This document shows, piece by piece, positions 32,044 through 41,446 of a DNA stretch of 64,000 nt; position 1 is the first letter of the stretch, and the number at the start of each line of letters is the position of its first letter. The notes beneath the pieces were generated by a model. The model saw nothing but the letters and a program-made list of their open reading frames with translations, searched no databases and had not been told where the DNA came from. This DNA comes from an uncultured Candidatus Binatia bacterium (GTDB lineage: Bacteria > Desulfobacterota > Binatia > UBA9968 > JAJDTQ01). Location: positions 3,360,001-3,424,000 of the forward strand of contig OZ244070.1 of the NCBI GenBank assembly GCA_965215605.1, in the 5' to 3' direction. A program made the position numbers and the translations under genes.

Positions 32044-34119
32044 ATGTATCGCGTCGGCGTTGACATCGGCGGGACCTTCACGGATCTGCTGTTGGTTGCG
32101 GATGACGGCACGTCCTTCATCGGCAAGACCCTGACCACCCACGGGGACCCCAGCGTGGCGGTGGAAACGGCCATGCGCGAGGGGCTGGAGGCGGGCATCG
32201 TGGACCGCGCCCAGCAGGGCACGGTGGTGCACGGCACCACGCTGGTCACCAACGCCCTGATCGAACGCAAGGGCGCCCTGACGGCGCTGCTCACCACCGA
32301 GGGTTTCCGGGACGCGCTGGAGATCGGCCGCGAGCACCGCTACGAGCTCTACGACCTCGATCTCGAGCTGCCCAGGCCGCTGGTGCCGCGCTACCTGCGC
32401 TTCGACGTGCCGGAGCGGGTCGCCGCGGACGGAACCGTGCTCAAGCCCCTGGATGAGGACTTCGTGCGGAGCCTGGTGGCGGAGCTGCGGGACAAGGGCG
32501 TCCGGGCGATAGCGGTGTGCTACCTCAACAGCTTCCGCAACGCCGTCCACGAGCGCCGCACGCAGGAGCTCATCGCCGAGGTGGCGCCGCACATCCGCGT
32601 GTCGGTGAGCGCTGATGTGGTGCCCGAGATCCGCGAGTTCCAACGCACCAGCACCACCGCCGCCAACGTCTACGTGCAGGAACGCGTGGCCGCCTATCTC
32701 CAGGAACTGCAACAGCGACTGGACGGGTTGCGGTTCTCCGGCAGCTTCTTCGTGATGCTTTCGAGCGGCGGCATCGGCACCCCGGAGACGGCCGCCCGGT
32801 TCCCGGTGCGGATGCTGGAATCGGGGCCGGCGGCGGGGGCGCTGGCGGCGGCCGCGCTGGGACAGCGCGCGGGCTATCCCGATCTCCTCTCCTTCGACAT
32901 GGGCGGCACCACCGCCAAGCTCTGTGCCGTCGAGAACGGTTACCCGCTCAAGGCCCGGGAGTTCGAGGTGGACCGGGTCTACCGCTTCCGCAAGGGCAGC
33001 GGCCTGCCCATCAAGATACCGGTCATCGACATGATCGAGATCGGCGCCGGCGGCGGCAGCATCGCCCGGGTGGACGCGCTCGGGCTCCTCAAGGTGGGAC
33101 CCGACAGCGCCGGAGCCGAGCCCGGGCCGGCCTGCTACGGCCGTGGCGGCGCGGGCGCGACGGTCACCGACGCCAACCTGATCCTGGGTTATTTCGACCC
33201 CGACTACTTCCTCGGCGGCGAGATGAAGCTCGACGTGGAAGCGGCCCGGCAGGCCCTTGCCGGCGTAGCCGGCAAGCTCGACATGCGAGTGGAGGAGGTC
33301 GCCTGGGGCATCCACCAGATCGTCAACGAGAACATGGCCAACGCCGCCCGCGCGCATCTGGGGGAACGCGGCAAGGACCCGCGGGAGCTGCCCATGTATG
33401 CCTTCGGCGGCGCCGGGCCGGTGCACGGCTGCCACGTGGCGGAGCTGCTGCACCTGCCCACGCTCATCTCCCCCATGGGGGCGGGCGTGGGGTCGACCTT
33501 CGGGCTCCTGGCGGCGCCGCTGGCCTTCGACTTCGTGCGCAGTGCCTACAGCCTGCTGGACGAGTTGGACTGGTCCTTCGTCAACGGCCTGTTCGATGGC
33601 ATGTGCGCCGAGGGGCGCGCTATCCTGGAGCCGTCGGGACTGGCGCCGGACGAGATCGTCTACGAGCGTACAGCGGACATGCGCTACACCGGGCAGGGCC
33701 ACGAGGTGTCGGTGCCCATACCCGACGGCGTCCTTGACGCGAGCCATCTGGGCGCCATCACCGAGGCCTTCGAGCGCACCTACGAGCACATGTACGGGCG
33801 GACGGTTCCGGACGTGGTGGTGGAGGTGATCAACTGGCGCGTGGTGGCGCGGGGGCCGGAGCAGCCGCTCAACTTCTCGACCCGCGGCGCCAGGGCGGCG
33901 GGCGCCAAGGCGCAAAAGGGCACGCGCCCGGTGTACTCGGCGGGCCGAGGACGGTTCGTGGAGACCGCGGTCTACGACCGCTATTCCCTGACGCCGGGAA
34001 TGACCTTCCCGGGGCCGGCCATCGTGGAGGAGCGGGAGTCCACCTTGGTGGTGACCGCCCGCAGCCGCGCCCGGGTTGACGATAATCTGAACGTAATCGT
34101 AGAGTTCGACTATGAGTAA
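32044..34119 (+). CDS. Hydantoinase A/oxoprolinase family ATP-binding subunit
   Basis: DIGGTFTD, HGTT, ESGPAAG, DMGGTT and GAGGGS motifs. Confidence 0.92.
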   Translation: MYRVGVDIGGTFTDLLLVADDGTSFIGKTLTTHGDPSVAVETAMREGLEAGIVDRAQQGTVVHGTTLVTNALIERKGALTALLTTEGFRDALEIGREHRYELYDLDLELPRPLVPRYLRFDVPERVAADGTVLKPLDEDFVRSLVAELRDKGVRAIAVCYLNSFRNAVHERRTQELIAEVAPHIRVSVSADVVPEIREFQRTSTTAANVYVQERVAAYLQELQQRLDGLRFSGSFFVMLSSGGIGTPETAARFPVRMLESGPAAGALAAAALGQRAGYPDLLSFDMGGTTAKLCAVENGYPLKAREFEVDRVYRFRKGSGLPIKIPVIDMIEIGAGGGSIARVDALGLLKVGPDSAGAEPGPACYGRGGAGATVTDANLILGYFDPDYFLGGEMKLDVEAARQALAGVAGKLDMRVEEVAWGIHQIVNENMANAARAHLGERGKDPRELPMYAFGGAGPVHGCHVAELLHLPTLISPMGAGVGSTFGLLAAPLAFDFVRSAYSLLDELDWSFVNGLFDGMCAEGRAILEPSGLAPDEIVYERTADMRYTGQGHEVSVPIPDGVLDASHLGAITEAFERTYEHMYGRTVPDVVVEVINWRVVARGPEQPLNFSTRGARAAGAKAQKGTRPVYSAGRGRFVETAVYDRYSLTPGMTFPGPAIVEERESTLVVTARSRARVDDNLNVIVEFDYE

Positions 34120-35830
34120 GACCGTCATCGATCCCGTAACCCTCGAGGTCATCTGGAACCGGCTCCTGTCGGTGGCCAACGAGCAGCAGGACGCGCTCAT
34201 GCGCACGGCCTTCAGCACCATCGTGCGGGAGAGCCAGGATCTGGCCTGCGGCCTGTTCGACACCCGAGGCCGCATGGTGGCGCAGTCGGTCAGCGGCACG
34301 CCCGGACACATCAACGCCATGGCCACCTCCATGGGGCACTTCCTGCGGGAGTTCCCGGCGGACACGCTGGCGCCCGGGGACGTGCTCATCACCAACGACC
34401 CGTGGCAGACCGCCGGACACGTCAACGACATCACCATCACCACGCCCATCTTCCGGGCCGGGCAGCTCGTGGCGTTCTTCGCCAACACCTGCCACGCCGC
34501 GGACATCGGCGGCCGCATCCTTTCCGCCGAGGCCCGGGAGGTGTACGAGGAGGGGCTTCGGATCCCCATCATGAAGCTTTTCCACGCGGGCGAGCCCGAC
34601 CCCATCCTGCTCAAGATGATCCGCGCCAACGTCCGGCTGCCCCATGAGGTGGTCAGTGACTTCTACGCCCAATCCGCCTGCAACGACGCCGGCGGCCGGG
34701 CGCTCATCGAGACCATGGACGAGTTCGAGCTGGAAAGCTTCGATCCCGTGGCCGAAGAGATCATCAGCCGCTCCGAGAAGGCCGTGCGCGCGGCCATCGC
34801 CGGGCTTGAGGACGGCGCGTGGGAAGGGGAGACCTGGAGCGACGGCTTCGAGGAGCCGATCCACATCAAGACCAGGCTGGAGGTGCGGGGAGACGAGATC
34901 TTCATCGACTTCACCGGCTCGTCGCCCCAGAGCCGCCGCGGCATCAACGTGGTGATGAACTACACCCACGCCTACGCCAGCTTTGCGGCCAAGGCGGCCA
35001 TCTACCCCGACGTGCCCCACAACGAGGGGAGCTTCCGTCCGGTGCACGTGAGCGCGCCCGCCGGCTGCATCCTCAACGCCAACGAACCGGCGCCGGTGGC
35101 GGCGCGGCAGACCGTGGGCCATTTCGTGCCCACCGCGGTGTTCACCGCCCTCGCCAAGGCGCTGCCGGGAAAGCTCATGGCTCCCAGCGCCGACCCCATC
35201 TGGCTCAGCGTGTGGCGCGGCCAGGACCCCTCGTTCAATCTCACGGTGTTCCAGGTGGGCGGCACCGGCGCGCGTCCCACCAAGGACGGCCTCAGCGCGG
35301 TGGGCTTCCCCAGCGGCGTGGCGGGGGTGCCCGCGGAGGTCATCGAGAGCCTGTCGCCGCTGGTCATGCGCCGGCGCGAGCTCAGGGTGGATTCCGGCGG
35401 TGCCGGCACCTGGCGCGGCGGCCTCGGCCAGTTCACGGAGTTCGCCAACCGCGCCCACGGCCAGTGGAGCGTCAACGGCATCCTCGACCGCACCCGTTAC
35501 GCCGCCCCCGGCATCATGGGCGGCGGTCCGGGGCTCCCCGGCGAGTTCATCCTCGACGGCGGCGAGCGCCCCAATCCCAAGGCCCAGACCCATCTGGGGG
35601 GGGACCGCAGCGTGCAGTTGAACCATCCCGGAGGGGGCGGCTACGGCGAGCCCTTCCAGCGCGACGCCGAACGCGTCCGCGCGGACGTGGTCTACGGCTA
35701 CATCACTCCGGAGGCCGCCGCCAGGGACTACGGCGTGGTGGTGCGCTTCACCGGCGGCGACGACGAGAAGGTCCGGCTGCCGGAGCAGTGGGTGATCGAC
35801 GAGGCGGCGACGCGGGAACTGCGGGAATGA
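34112..35830 (+). CDS. Hydantoinase B/oxoprolinase family subunit
   Basis: RTAFSTIVRE, NDPW..GHVND, HAADIGG and GGGGYG motifs. Confidence 0.92.
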   Translation: MSKTVIDPVTLEVIWNRLLSVANEQQDALMRTAFSTIVRESQDLACGLFDTRGRMVAQSVSGTPGHINAMATSMGHFLREFPADTLAPGDVLITNDPWQTAGHVNDITITTPIFRAGQLVAFFANTCHAADIGGRILSAEAREVYEEGLRIPIMKLFHAGEPDPILLKMIRANVRLPHEVVSDFYAQSACNDAGGRALIETMDEFELESFDPVAEEIISRSEKAVRAAIAGLEDGAWEGETWSDGFEEPIHIKTRLEVRGDEIFIDFTGSSPQSRRGINVVMNYTHAYASFAAKAAIYPDVPHNEGSFRPVHVSAPAGCILNANEPAPVAARQTVGHFVPTAVFTALAKALPGKLMAPSADPIWLSVWRGQDPSFNLTVFQVGGTGARPTKDGLSAVGFPSGVAGVPAEVIESLSPLVMRRRELRVDSGGAGTWRGGLGQFTEFANRAHGQWSVNGILDRTRYAAPGIMGGGPGLPGEFILDGGERPNPKAQTHLGGDRSVQLNHPGGGGYGEPFQRDAERVRADVVYGYITPEAAARDYGVVVRFTGGDDEKVRLPEQWVIDEAATRELRE

Positions 35831-35876
35831 CCAATTCGGTTTGCGGTGCGATCTCCACTACGAGTGACGTGAGATC

Positions 35877-36644
35877 ATGATTCTGTCCGGACGCATTGCG
35901 CTCGTTACAGGGGCTGCCACCGGCATCGGCCGCGCGACGGTGCTGGAGCTGGCGCGGGCCGGCGTCGCCGGCGTCGCCATCAACTACCGTTCGGCCAAGG
36001 ACCAGGCGGAGGGCTTGGCGGCGGAGGCGCGGGAGTTGGGCGTCGAGGCCCTCTGCGTTCACGGGGACGTTCGGGACGACGCCCACGTGCGCGGCATGGT
36101 GGATCAGACGGTGGAGCGGTTCGGGCGCCTGGATATCCTGGTGAACAACGCCGGCATCACCCGCTGGGTGCCGATCACGGACATGGAGGCGTTGACCGAC
36201 GAGATCTGGGACATGACCCTGGACGTCAACGTGAAGGGCGCGTACCGGTGCGCCCGGGCGGCCGCGCCGCACCTCAAGGCCGCCGGGGGAATGATCGTCA
36301 ACGTGTCTTCCATCTCCGGCGTCATCGCGCCTTCCACCATGTCGTCGCTCGCCTACGGCACCGCCAAGGCCGGACTCATCTACCTGACCCGCGGCCTTGC
36401 CGTGGCCCTGGGGCCGGAGATCCGGGTCAACGCCGTGGCCCCCGCGTTCACCGACACCCAGTGGATGCGCGACCACTACGGCGCGGACTACGAGGACATC
36501 ATCCACCGCGCCTCCGCCAACTATCCGCTCAAGCGGGTGGGGAAGCCGGAAGAGGTGGCGGGCGCCATCCTGGGCCTGATCACCGGCGGAGATTTCGTGA
36601 CCGGCCAGACGCTGCTTGTGGATGGCGGCCTGAGCCTGAGCTGA
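35877..36644 (+). CDS. Short-chain dehydrogenase/reductase
   Basis: TGAATGIG, NNAG and YxxxK (YGTAK) motifs. Confidence 0.92.
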   Translation: MILSGRIALVTGAATGIGRATVLELARAGVAGVAINYRSAKDQAEGLAAEARELGVEALCVHGDVRDDAHVRGMVDQTVERFGRLDILVNNAGITRWVPITDMEALTDEIWDMTLDVNVKGAYRCARAAAPHLKAAGGMIVNVSSISGVIAPSTMSSLAYGTAKAGLIYLTRGLAVALGPEIRVNAVAPAFTDTQWMRDHYGADYEDIIHRASANYPLKRVGKPEEVAGAILGLITGGDFVTGQTLLVDGGLSLS

Positions 36645-36657
36645 GCAGGGACCTCCC

Positions 36658-37308
36658 ATGACCAAGACGGAGTTGATGACCGCCATGCAGGCACACCGCC
36701 TGGTGGCGGTGATTCGTTCCGGGACCGCGGAGGAGGCGCTGGCCACCGCCCGGGCCGTGGGCGAGGCCGGGGTGCGGTTCGTGGAGGTGACCTTCACCGT
36801 TCCCGGGGCCGCGGAGGTCATCCGGACGCTGGCGGGCGAGGGCCAGGTGCACGTGGGCGCCGGCACGGTGCTGTCCGAGGAACAGGCCCACACGGGCATC
36901 GAGGCGGGTGCACGGTTCATCGTCTCGCCGAGCCTGGAGTTGAACCTCGTGCCGCTCTGCCGTGAGGCGGGCGTGGCCTCCATCCCGGCCGGCGCGACCC
37001 CGACGGAGGTGGTGCAGGCGTTGCGCGCCGGCGCCGACCTGGTGAAGATATTCCCCGCGGACTGCGTCGGCGGACCGCATTTCATCCGGCAGATGCTGGG
37101 CCCATTCCCCGATGCCCGCTTCATGGTCTCGGGGGGCGTCAACAAGGACAATGTCGCCGAGTACGCCCTCCTGGGGGTGACGGGCATCGTGCTGGGCAGC
37201 GCCTTTCTGGCCGACGTCCTGGCACGGGAAGGCCACGCCGGGCTCGTGGCCAAGGCGCGGGAGTTCGTGATGCTGGTGGACGATGCGCTGGGCGCGGTTG
37301 CGGGTTGA
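36658..37308 (+). CDS. eda: KDPG/KHG aldolase family protein
   Basis: VGAGTV, FIVSP, TPTE and VKIFPA motifs. Confidence 0.85.
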   Translation: MTKTELMTAMQAHRLVAVIRSGTAEEALATARAVGEAGVRFVEVTFTVPGAAEVIRTLAGEGQVHVGAGTVLSEEQAHTGIEAGARFIVSPSLELNLVPLCREAGVASIPAGATPTEVVQALRAGADLVKIFPADCVGGPHFIRQMLGPFPDARFMVSGGVNKDNVAEYALLGVTGIVLGSAFLADVLAREGHAGLVAKAREFVMLVDDALGAVAG

Positions 37309-37357
37309 AAGCGGCCGTCGAGAACCTCGCTTCGGAGCATACAGGAGGGAGAAGCGT

Positions 37358-38341
37358 ATGACCCCGAGAACGCGGATAACAATTGCGATTCTGGCTCTGG
37401 GCATCTTCGCGTGCACTGCCGCACAGGCTCGAACGACCGCCGGGGAAGTGAAGGACCCTGAAAGCCTGAAGGCCTTTGTCGAAGGGGCGAAGGCGTATAT
37501 TGAATCGATCACGGAAATGAACGAAGGCGCAAAGCTCAGGCAGGGGCTGAGAACGGAGGGCGACTGGAAGTCCGGCTCGACGTTCCTGGTCGTCTTCCTC
37601 AAGAGCGGGGAGCCGTTCATCCACGGGAACGATCGCGCGGCGGAGAGCAAGAATCTGCTCGGCGTCGAGGATGAACGCGGAACCAAGGTCGTCAAGGAAC
37701 TCTTCGCGGCCGCTGCAGGGGGCGGCGGTTTCGTCGAATACCACGACAAGGGGCCCAAGACGGCCTACGCTGTCGAATACACCTCCGGGATCACCAAGAG
37801 ACGATACGTACTGGTCGGCGGCTACTCACAGGACGTCTCCCATGTCGCAATCCAGATACCGGATCTGCCGAGGCCCGCCGTCACCGCATCGCAGGTCGTG
37901 GACCGGGAGACACTCGTCACCTTCGTCGAGGAAGCGGCCAAGACGTACCGCAAAGCGGTTATGTCCGAAGGCTTCCGCGGCCTCATCGGGGTCAGAAACG
38001 CCTTCCGGGTGGAAGGAGGGGACTGGAAATCAGGTTCCATCTACCTGTGGGTCGTCAGTGGCGGGGGCGTCACCCTGTTTCACGGATCGGAGCCGTATCG
38101 CGAAGGGAAGCCCACGGACATGGTGAGGACGGACTCCAAGGGTTTGAAGATCGCCCAGGAGCTGATCGGAGGCGCGCGGCGCGAGGGCCGGAAGTTCCTG
38201 CGGTACCACTATGACAACCCGGCCATCCAAGGAGACGAGGAGACCGGTTCCCCGAAGTTCGGCTACGCGGTGAGCTTCCCGGGACCGAACACGAAGCAAC
38301 GGTTGGTGATCGGCTCCGGGGTCTACCTGTCCGGGAAGTGA
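37358..38341 (+). CDS. Exported stand-alone protein with two Cache-like repeats
   Basis: Signal peptide; internal duplication (LKAFVEGA/LVTFVEEA, EGDWKSGSTFL/GGDWKSGSIYL); no TM or output domain. Confidence 0.7.
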   Translation: MTPRTRITIAILALGIFACTAAQARTTAGEVKDPESLKAFVEGAKAYIESITEMNEGAKLRQGLRTEGDWKSGSTFLVVFLKSGEPFIHGNDRAAESKNLLGVEDERGTKVVKELFAAAAGGGGFVEYHDKGPKTAYAVEYTSGITKRRYVLVGGYSQDVSHVAIQIPDLPRPAVTASQVVDRETLVTFVEEAAKTYRKAVMSEGFRGLIGVRNAFRVEGGDWKSGSIYLWVVSGGGVTLFHGSEPYREGKPTDMVRTDSKGLKIAQELIGGARREGRKFLRYHYDNPAIQGDEETGSPKFGYAVSFPGPNTKQRLVIGSGVYLSGK

Positions 38342-38421
38342 CGGCGAGCGGGCAGCCAGCGGCCGCTCGATACCGCCCTTCGGCAGTGCGACGGTCCGCC
38401 TTGTCAAGTCCTTTGTAATCA

Positions 38422-39597
38422 ATGGCGAACCGGCAAGCACAACGGATGGAGGGGGTGCCGTTCTCGGGCATCCGGAAGATGATGGCCCGGGCGTGGGAGC
38501 TCGAGGGAGAGGGGAAGCCGGTGATACACCTTGAGATCGGCCGCCCCGACTTCGACACACCGGGCCACATCAAGGCGGCGGCCCAAAAGGCTCTGGACGA
38601 AGGCAAGGTCCACTACACCTCCAACTACGGCGTGCCGGAGATCACCCGCGCCATCGCCGCCAAGCTTCGCTCGGACAACGGCCTGGACTTCGACGAGAAC
38701 GGCGAGATTGCCGTTACCATCGGCGCCAACGAGGCGGTCTTCATGGCCGTCATGGCGTTCATCGACGAGGGCGACGAGGTGCTGGTGCCGGACCCGTCGT
38801 GGCTCAACTACTTCCACTGCATCACCCTGGGCGGGGGGGTGCCGGTGAGCGTGCCGCTCCGGGCGGAGAACGACTTCCGCATGGACGCGGACGACGTGGC
38901 GCGCTTGGTGACGCCGCGCACCCGCATGATGGTGGTGATGAGCCCCCACAACCCCACCGGCGCCGTGCTCGACCGGGGCCGTCTGGAAGCGCTGGCGGCG
39001 CTGGCCCGGGAGCACGACCTGCTGGTGCTGTCCGACGAGATCTACGAGAAGCTGCTGTACGACGGCGCTGTCCACCACAGCATCGGAACCCTGCGGGGCA
39101 TGCGCGAGCGCACGCTGGTGGTGAACGGCTTTTCCAAGAGCTACTCCATGACCGGATGGCGCCTGGGCTATATCGCGGCGCCCCGGAATCTCATGGACGT
39201 GCTCATACGCGTGCACCAGTACACGGTGCTGTGCGCCACGTCTTTCGGCCAGTACGGCGCCGCGGCCGCCTACGAGGGGCCGCAGGACTGCGTGGAAGCC
39301 ATGCGGCGGGAATTCGCCCGGCGCCGTGAGCTTATCCTGCGGCGGCTTCGGGCCATGGAGGGCATCGAGTGCGCGGTGCCGGAAGGGGCCTTCTATGCCT
39401 TCCCCGACATCGGCGCCCTGGGCCGGCCGTCCGAGGAGGTGTCCCTGCACCTGCTGGAGGACGCCTACATCGCCACCGTCCCCGGCAGCGCCTTCGGCCG
39501 GTACGGCGAGGGGCATATCAGGCTGGCGTACTCCAACTCCTACGAGAACATCGAGGAAGCCATGGACCGCATGGAGGCGAGCCTGGCGAGGCTGTAG
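38422..39597 (+). CDS. Class I/II PLP aminotransferase
   Basis: GRPDF, PHNPTG, SDEIY and NGFSKSYSMTGWRLG motifs. Confidence 0.93.
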   Translation: MANRQAQRMEGVPFSGIRKMMARAWELEGEGKPVIHLEIGRPDFDTPGHIKAAAQKALDEGKVHYTSNYGVPEITRAIAAKLRSDNGLDFDENGEIAVTIGANEAVFMAVMAFIDEGDEVLVPDPSWLNYFHCITLGGGVPVSVPLRAENDFRMDADDVARLVTPRTRMMVVMSPHNPTGAVLDRGRLEALAALAREHDLLVLSDEIYEKLLYDGAVHHSIGTLRGMRERTLVVNGFSKSYSMTGWRLGYIAAPRNLMDVLIRVHQYTVLCATSFGQYGAAAAYEGPQDCVEAMRREFARRRELILRRLRAMEGIECAVPEGAFYAFPDIGALGRPSEEVSLHLLEDAYIATVPGSAFGRYGEGHIRLAYSNSYENIEEAMDRMEASLARL

Positions 39598-39617
39598 GGC
39601 GGAAACCGGAGGAATCA

Positions 39618-40607
39618 ATGGCAAACATCGAGTTGACGCTGGCATGTGAGGACTACGACCGCACCCGGGCGCTGAAGGATGGGTTGGTGAAGCCCGAGGG
39701 CATCGATCTCAACTACGTGGCGCTGCCGGTGGAGGAGATCTTCTGGCGCATGCTTCACTTCCAGGAGTTCGACGCCGCCGAGATGTCCATGGGCGCCTAC
39801 CACGTGGACGCCTCGCGCGGCCACCAGCCGTTCATCGCCATCCCGGTGTTCCCGTCCCGCATGTTCCGCCACCGCTGCATCTTCGTGAACGCCGCGTCCG
39901 GGATCAAGAAGCCCGAGGATCTCAAGGGCCGGCGCGTGGGCGTGCCCGAGTACACCATGACGGCCTCCGTGTGGGTGCGGGGCATGCTGCAGCACGACTA
40001 TGGCGTGGAGGCGAAGGACGTTCACTGGATCCAGGGCGGGGTGGAGCAGCCCGGCCGCAAGGACCGGGTGCCCTTCGAAGCCCCGGCCGGGGTCGAGATC
40101 GACACCGAAGAGGAGAGGACCCTCGACGACATGCTGGAGAAGGGCGACATCGACGCGCTGGTGTCGGCGCGCATGCCGTCCTGCTTCGTGCGCCGGGCCC
40201 CCAGCATCACCCGCCTGTTCGAGGACTGCCGGGCCGCGGAGATGGATTACTTCCGCCGCACCGGGCTGTTCCCCATCATGCACTGCGTGGTGGTGCGCCG
40301 GGAGATCCACGAGGCCCACCCTTGGGTGACCCAGAACCTCTACAAGGCGTTCTGCCAGGCCAAGGACCTGTGCGTGTCGCAGATATATGACACCAACGTG
40401 CTGCGCACACACCAACTCTGGTATCTGTTCGAGTACGAGGAAACGGTGGACCTCATGGGCGAGGACTACTGGCCCTACGGCTTCGAGAGCAACCGCAAGA
40501 CCCTGGAGACCTTCCACTCCTACCTGCTGGAGCAGGGCGTCATCAAGAACCCCGTGGACGTGGCCAGCCTGTACGCCGCCAACACCCGCGAAGCCTTCAA
40601 GATCTGA
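39618..40607 (+). CDS. 4,5-dihydroxyphthalate decarboxylase-like / PBP2-fold protein
   Basis: YDRTRAL, EMS, PVFPSRMFRH, GLFPIMH and YWPYG motifs. Confidence 0.75.
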   Translation: MANIELTLACEDYDRTRALKDGLVKPEGIDLNYVALPVEEIFWRMLHFQEFDAAEMSMGAYHVDASRGHQPFIAIPVFPSRMFRHRCIFVNAASGIKKPEDLKGRRVGVPEYTMTASVWVRGMLQHDYGVEAKDVHWIQGGVEQPGRKDRVPFEAPAGVEIDTEEERTLDDMLEKGDIDALVSARMPSCFVRRAPSITRLFEDCRAAEMDYFRRTGLFPIMHCVVVRREIHEAHPWVTQNLYKAFCQAKDLCVSQIYDTNVLRTHQLWYLFEYEETVDLMGEDYWPYGFESNRKTLETFHSYLLEQGVIKNPVDVASLYAANTREAFKI

Positions 40608-40622
40608 GGGCCTCCCGGCGGA

Positions 40623-41408
40623 TCACTGGAACGGCACGCCGTAGGACGGGCGGACGCGGAAGTAGTCGCTGACGTACTCGTTGGCGGGGTGGCGCATGAC
40701 GTTCTCGGCGGTCCCCACCTGCACCATGCGGCCCTCGTGCATCAGCGCAATGCGGTCGGCGAGTTCCAGCGCGTCTTCCAGGTTGTGGGTCACGAGAAGG
40801 GTGGTAAGGCGTTGCTCCTTGTGGAACGCGCGGATCTCGGCGCGCACCCGGCGGCGGTTGGGCGGGTCCAGGTTGCTGAGGGGCTCGTCCATGAGCATGA
40901 TCTGAGGGAAGGTGGTCATGGCCCGCGCCAGGGCCACCCGTTGCTGCTGGCCCGCGGACAGCTCCTGCGGCTTGCGCTCGAACAGCCGCTCCTCGATGTT
41001 GAGGGCCTTGGCCAGGGGCCGGATGAGCTCGCGGATGGCGCCCACGGACCACTTCCGGATGCGCAGCGGCAGCGTCAGGTTGGCGTACTTCCGGTCTTCG
41101 AAGACGCGCATGTGGGGCCACAGCGCGTAGCTCTGGAAGATGAGCTGGACGTCTCTCCGTCCCGGGGGCACGTCATTCACGGGAACGCCGCCGATGAGGA
41201 CCTCGCCCGTGTCCGGGGTTTCCAGCCCGGCGATGATGCGCAGCAGCGTGGTCTTGCCGCTGCCGCTCTCCCCGATGATGACCAGGAACTCTCCCTGGTT
41301 CACGGCGAGGTCGAAGCCGTCCACGGCCGTCACCGCCCCGAATCGCTTGCCGATATCGCGCAGCACCAGGTTCTTCACGGCGCCATGGTACGGCAACGGC
41401 GGGGCCAA
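40623..41408 (-). CDS. ABC transporter ATP-binding protein (MalK-like, no adjacent permease)
   Basis: GESGSGKT, LSAGQQQR, MDEPLSNLD and VTH motifs. Confidence 0.88.
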   Translation of the reverse strand: MAPPLPYHGAVKNLVLRDIGKRFGAVTAVDGFDLAVNQGEFLVIIGESGSGKTTLLRIIAGLETPDTGEVLIGGVPVNDVPPGRRDVQLIFQSYALWPHMRVFEDRKYANLTLPLRIRKWSVGAIRELIRPLAKALNIEERLFERKPQELSAGQQQRVALARAMTTFPQIMLMDEPLSNLDPPNRRRVRAEIRAFHKEQRLTTLLVTHNLEDALELADRIALMHEGRMVQVGTAENVMRHPANEYVSDYFRVRPSYGVPFQ

Positions 41409-41446
41409 TTCAAACCGGCCGGGGGTTGGGGAATGAAGGTGAATCC

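Noticed and set aside
31015-34629. 1204-aa minus-strand ORF and similar long antisense ORFs (5956-8472, 14230-16641, 45356-47656)
   Set aside because: Typical high-GC shadow frames opposite well-supported genes; no motifs.
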